Below are positions 59,905 to 64,000 of a DNA stretch of 64,000 nucleotides, one piece after another. How positions within the stretch are numbered: the first letter of the stretch is position 1; every line of letters starts with the position of its first letter. The notes beneath the pieces were generated by a model, which was not told the DNA's origin, ran no database searches, and saw nothing but the letters and a program-made list of their open reading frames with translations. Made by a program: the position numbers and the translations under genes. Source of the stretch: Pristiophorus japonicus (taxonomy: Eukaryota). The stretch covers positions 176,452,001 through 176,516,000 of the forward strand of contig NC_091988.1 of the NCBI RefSeq assembly GCF_044704955.1. Reading direction: 5' to 3'.

Positions 59905-60480
59905 GTGGGCCAACACTCGCACATCAGCTGGGAAACGGCGGTAGCGTGGAATCGGCCAGCACTCGCACATCGGCTGGGAGACAGAGGTGGCGTGGAATCG
60001 GCCAGCACTCGCACATCGGCTGGGAGACAGAGGTGGCGTGGAATCGGCCAGCACTCGCACATCGGCTGGGAGACAGAGGTGGCGTGGAATCGGCCAGCAC
60101 TCGCACATCGGCTGGGAGACAGAGGTGGCGTGGAATCGGCCAGCACTCGCACATCGGCTGGGAGACAGAGGTGGTGTGGAATCGGCCAACACTCGCACAT
60201 CGGCTGGGAGACAGAGGTGGCGTGGAATCGGCCAGCACTCGCACATCGGCTGGGAGACAGAGGTGGTGTGGAATCGGCCAGCACTCGCACATCGGCTGGG
60301 AGACAGAGGTGGTGTGGAATCGGCCAGCACTCGCACATCAGGTGGGAGACAGAGGTGGCGTGGAATCGGCCAGCACTCGCACATCGGCTGGGAGACAGAG
60401 GTGGTGTGGAATCGGCCAGCACTCGCATGTCGGTTGGGAGGGAGGGAAACAGAGGTAGCGTGGAATCAGCCAGCACTCGA
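59905..60480 (+). repeat. 46-bp minisatellite, ~12 copies
   Basis: Unit GGAATCGGCCAGCACTCGCACATCGGCTGGGAGACAGAGGTGG(C/T)GT; starts at 59948, 59994 etc. Confidence 0.95.
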
Positions 60481-60487
60481 ACGTCGG

Positions 60488-60638
60488 TACTTGGATGTGC
60501 ACTTAAGAGCTGTAACCTACAAGGCTACGGACCTAGTGCTGAAAGGTGGGATTAGGCTGGGTATCTCTTTTTTGACCGGCATGGACACGATGAGCCGAGT
60601 GGCCTCCTTCTGTGTGGTAATTTTCTATTCTATTCTAT
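60488..60638 (+). mobile_element. CR1-type 3' tail directly after the minisatellite
   Basis: GGACACGATGAGCCGAGTGGCCTCCTTCTGTG..(TTCTA)n. Confidence 0.7.
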
Positions 60639-60777
60639 GAAATAATGAGAAGACTAGAAAGCTGTTAGTTTGAAATAAAAATAGAAAATGCAGGAAATGT
60701 ACAGCGGGTATGTCAACAGAAGGGTGGGTTAATATTTCAAGTGTAGACCTTTAGTCAGAACCACTTCCAACAACAGC

Positions 60778-61010
60778 TTTGATTTATGCTGGGGAAAAAA
60801 AGTCCCTTGGCGCTTCATAGAAGCTTAATCAGATAAAAATTAACAGCGAGCCAGACGGGATATTGGGAAGAGCGACTAAAATCTTGGTCAGAGGGTTTTG
60901 AGGAGGATCTTAAATGAAAAGGACTGGAGAAGCAGAAAGATTGAGTGATGGAATTCCAGAGTGTAGGGTCTAGACAACTGAAATCATGGCTGGTAAGGGT
61001 GGAGTGATAG
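60778..61010 (-). mobile_element. Old L2-like LINE 3' fragment
   Basis: Resembles an L2 3' region (GGTTTTGAGGAGGATCTTAAA..GAATTCCAGAG); recalled pattern only. Confidence 0.45.
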
Positions 61011-61786
61011 GAATGAAAATCACATGTTTGCTAATAAACTAGCTGTCTACATCCAGCATTTACTGTGTTTGTTTAGACACTTATCTTGGTGATTTGTTTG
61101 AAGTAGAGAAAGATACAGATGTATGGAGAGTAATAGTGTCCAATACTATAAACATTTCTATTTAAACAGTTCTCATTTTTTGCCACTGAGTGGTGCTGTG
61201 CAGAAACACAGCACAACTGAAGTGGACGACTATCTGCTGTACACAGCAGTGGCAGTATTGAACAATAGCTTGGATTATGGAGGTTTGTTACAGAGCCGCC
61301 TGGTGGCAAAAATGGGATATTACAGTAACAATGAATGTTACAAGAGATTGTGTACCCTGATTATGATCAGGTTTTTCCTAATTTTTCCTTTTTAGATTTT
61401 TGATACAGCTTCTATAAATGCCGCTAAGTGATCGACACCGAAAAAACGTGCAAATAAATAAAATTCTCACAGTATTCTGTTTAGTAGATAATGGTTTTGA
61501 AGATTTTGGATGGCTGATGATGGATTACAAGGTAGTAATTCAGTTGAGAGGCTCAGAAGACATAAAGGGGCAGGAGTGAATCTTAACTCGTTTCTCAACT
61601 GAACTCTTGAGATTAGATTTGTGACCGTAATCCAGTGCCACATGTAGTGTGTGATTCTGTGGCAAAAATGTTTTTGCTGGCACTTGTCCGATAAGACTTC
61701 ACAGGATTTTGGGATGTGATATAGAATCTCACAGAATTGGGATAATTTTTAACAGTGCCTTACATGTATTACGAAGTATTTACCCT

Positions 61787-61987
61787 AACCTGGGTATCAT
61801 GGTACATCAGTCATTGAAAGTTGGCATGCAGGTACAGCAGGCAGTAAAGAAAGCGAACAGCATGCTGGCCTTCATAGCAAAGGGATTTGAGTATAGGAGC
61901 AGGGAGGTCTTACTGCAGTTGTACAGGGCCTTGGTGAGACCACACCTTGAGTATTGTGTGCAGTTTTGGTCTCCTAATCTGAGGAAG
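61787..61987 (+). mobile_element. Internal CR1 RT fragment
   Basis: LGIMVHQSLKVGMQVQQAVKKANSMLAFI..RPHLEYCVQFWSP. Confidence 0.85.
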
Positions 61988-62060
61988 CTATCAATCTCCA
62001 ATTTAAAATTAGCATCAATTGTCGTTTGCAGAAGAGAGTTCAAAAAATCTACCTTCCTTT

Positions 62061-64000
62061 GGGCTAGAATTTCGGCATGTTTGCGACTGTTTTTCCACCT
62101 GGGCGAAGTGATTTTTTTTTTGGTGCTAAACGAGTCGCACAACATTTTGCGCCCTGGCGGAAATTTCTGTAGTGGTTTTGCACCGGTGCTAAAAGTTACT
62201 GCCTTCCCGATTTTTTTTTTTTTTAAAGCGTTTTGATGACTTCAATCTGCGTGCAACGCTGTGCTATCGATCGGGCGGAAAATTCGGCGATATCGCCCGC
62301 CTGGAAACTCACCCGGAAAAAAATAGTCGGACCCAGGGTGCACCTGGCGCTAACGGCGCCATCCTGAAAACTGAGCAGAAGTTCAGTGTATAAAATGATT
62401 TGGGGAAGGAAGACTGAGTTTTACACACCGAGGTTGTTTGTGAGTTTATGGTTCATTTTAAAGGATATTTAAGGAAATTTTTTTTTTAAATGGTGGCTGT
62501 ACTATGTCAGCTATTATTCTTGGCTGCTTTTTGTATGCAATGTCGAGCTGGAAAAGGTTTATTGATGAGCATTTTGAGCATAATCGAAGAGCTCGTGGAC
62601 CGTATGGGGAGGAGACCTTATCCCTCACGAATTTACAGGCAACAGCACTCATACCTGCAGCTCTCTGAGGCACAGTGCATTAGAAGGTTGCGCTTCCAAA
62701 AAGAGGTGGTCACAGAAATATGCCAGCTCATACAGACAGACCTACAGCCTATCAGCGGCAACAGGACAGCATTGTCCGTTGAGGTGAAGGTGACTGCAGC
62801 ACTTACCTTCTATGCCTCCGGCTCCTTTCAGGCATCAACAAGGGACATATGCTCCATCTCGCAGTATGCTACACATCGCTGCATTCGTCAGGTGTCTGCT
62901 GCACTGTACGCACGTAGGATGGACCTTATAAAGTTCCCAATGACCAAGGAGGCACAGAATGAAAGGGCTGTAGGTTTTGGACGAATTGTTGGCTTCCCCA
63001 AAGTTCAGACTGCCATTGACTGTACGCACATCGCCCTGCGAGCACCTTTACTCAATCCAGAGGTTTACCGAAATCGAAAGGGATTCCACTTCATGAATGT
63101 ACAGATCATCTGCGACCATACTCAGTGCATCATGGCAGTAAATGCCCAATTTCCAGGGAGCATCCATGATGCTTTCATCTTGCGTGAGAGCACTGTCTCA
63201 TGCCTGTTTGAGCATCAGCCACAATGCCAGAGTTGGACGCTGGAGAGCAAAGGTTATGGCCTCGCCACCTGGCTCATGACCCCCCCTCCAGAACTCTCAG
63301 ACAGAAGTCGAGCATCACCATAATGAGAACCATGCAACCACACGCAAAATCGTCAAACAGATAATTGGAGTGCTCAAGGACCGTTTTCAATGCCTGGACC
63401 ACTCTGGAGGCTGCCTGCAATACTCCCCTCAGCAGGTCTCTGAGTTCATTGTTGCTGCATGCTGCACAACTTAGCCGTTACGAGGGAACAGGATTTGCCA
63501 CTGGGGACTGCAGGACCACCTCAGGAGAGAGGATGAGGAGCCTGGCAATGAACACATGCCACCACCCCTACCACAGGGGAGGCCTCCTGGAGCTTACCCC
63601 ACTGCAAAAGCAAAAGCCTTGCGTCAGCAGCTCATAATTCAACGCTTTGCTTGAAGAGTGAACGGCACGTTTGACCATTGCCTGGCCACTCTATCCCACC
63701 ATGTTGACTATTCCCCCTCTTATTCTGCAAATGAGACACTGCACAGGAATGGTCAAGGTAAACAAAATAATTTATTAAACATACTGTAACTTGAGTAAAA
63801 TGTATTAAACATTGTAACTTGAGTAAGATTTAACTTGAATAAAATTAATTAAACATTTCAAAAGTGGAATAACATTTATTAAACATTATTGGGAAACTTA
63901 AAAAACTTTAATAAAATAATAACGAAACAACCCCTGCGCCGAACGTCTTTTACCTCCGGCCCTTCCTCTCTCCCTCCCCTACCCCCCCCCCCTCCCCCTC
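62061..64000 (+). mobile_element. PIF/Harbinger DNA transposon, left part (in a KIF3B intron)
   Basis: TIR-like GGGCTAGAATTTCGGC, CpG-rich leader, transposase, then AT-rich convergent poly(A) zone. Confidence 0.85.
62490..63654 (+). pseudogene. Harbinger (HARBI1-like DDE) transposase, frameshifted at poly-C ~63285
   Basis: FYASGSFQ, GFP....AIDCTHI, YRNRKG, FPGSIHD, (LESKGY); continues GVLKDRFQCLDHSGG..LHNL in another frame. Confidence 0.9.

Noticed and set aside
59905-60480. CRISPR-like array, or the overlapping 190-217 aa ORFs
   Set aside because: Head-to-tail 46-bp units with no unique spacers and no cas genes; the ORFs arise because the unit lacks stop codons
61123-61395. ORF MESNSV.. 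as KIF3B exon 3
   Set aside because: Does not resemble the expected AMESKLLVGGKNIVDHT continuation
62490-63654. Host HARBI1 gene
   Set aside because: Frameshifted, the motif reads LESKGY instead of LGD.GY, and it lies next to a TIR: a transposon copy

Overview
Repeat-rich vertebrate genomic DNA; the repeat families suggest a cartilaginous fish (shark), which is inference. The only host gene I recognise is kinesin-2 motor KIF3B on the + strand: a CpG-island promoter with a probable non-coding exon 1 at about 47.8-48.2 kb, and the large motor-domain exon at 56926-58388. Later exons lie beyond the window. Most of the rest is layered mobile DNA. (1) The 5' half of an endogenous retrovirus (LTR, tRNA-Ser PBS, gag, -1 frameshift site, pro) at 1-2698. 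(2) Two related, oppositely oriented Gypsy-like elements carrying gag-protease plus an unknown ORF where RT/RNaseH/IN should be (11.7-17.6 kb). (3) A four-level nest Harbinger-derivative > Gypsy > CR1 > MITE (24.2-35.2 kb); its gag is hit by a poly(A)-tailed fragment containing circularly permuted U2 snRNA pieces. (4) A three-level nest CR1 > CR1 > young Tx1 LINE with a 16-bp TSD (35.7-44.6 kb). There are also many CR1/L2/RTE/SINE fragments, GC-rich VNTR-bearing TIR elements and a Harbinger transposase at the right edge. All family calls come from recalled motifs and reading by eye, not from database searches. Boundaries of old repeats are approximate.
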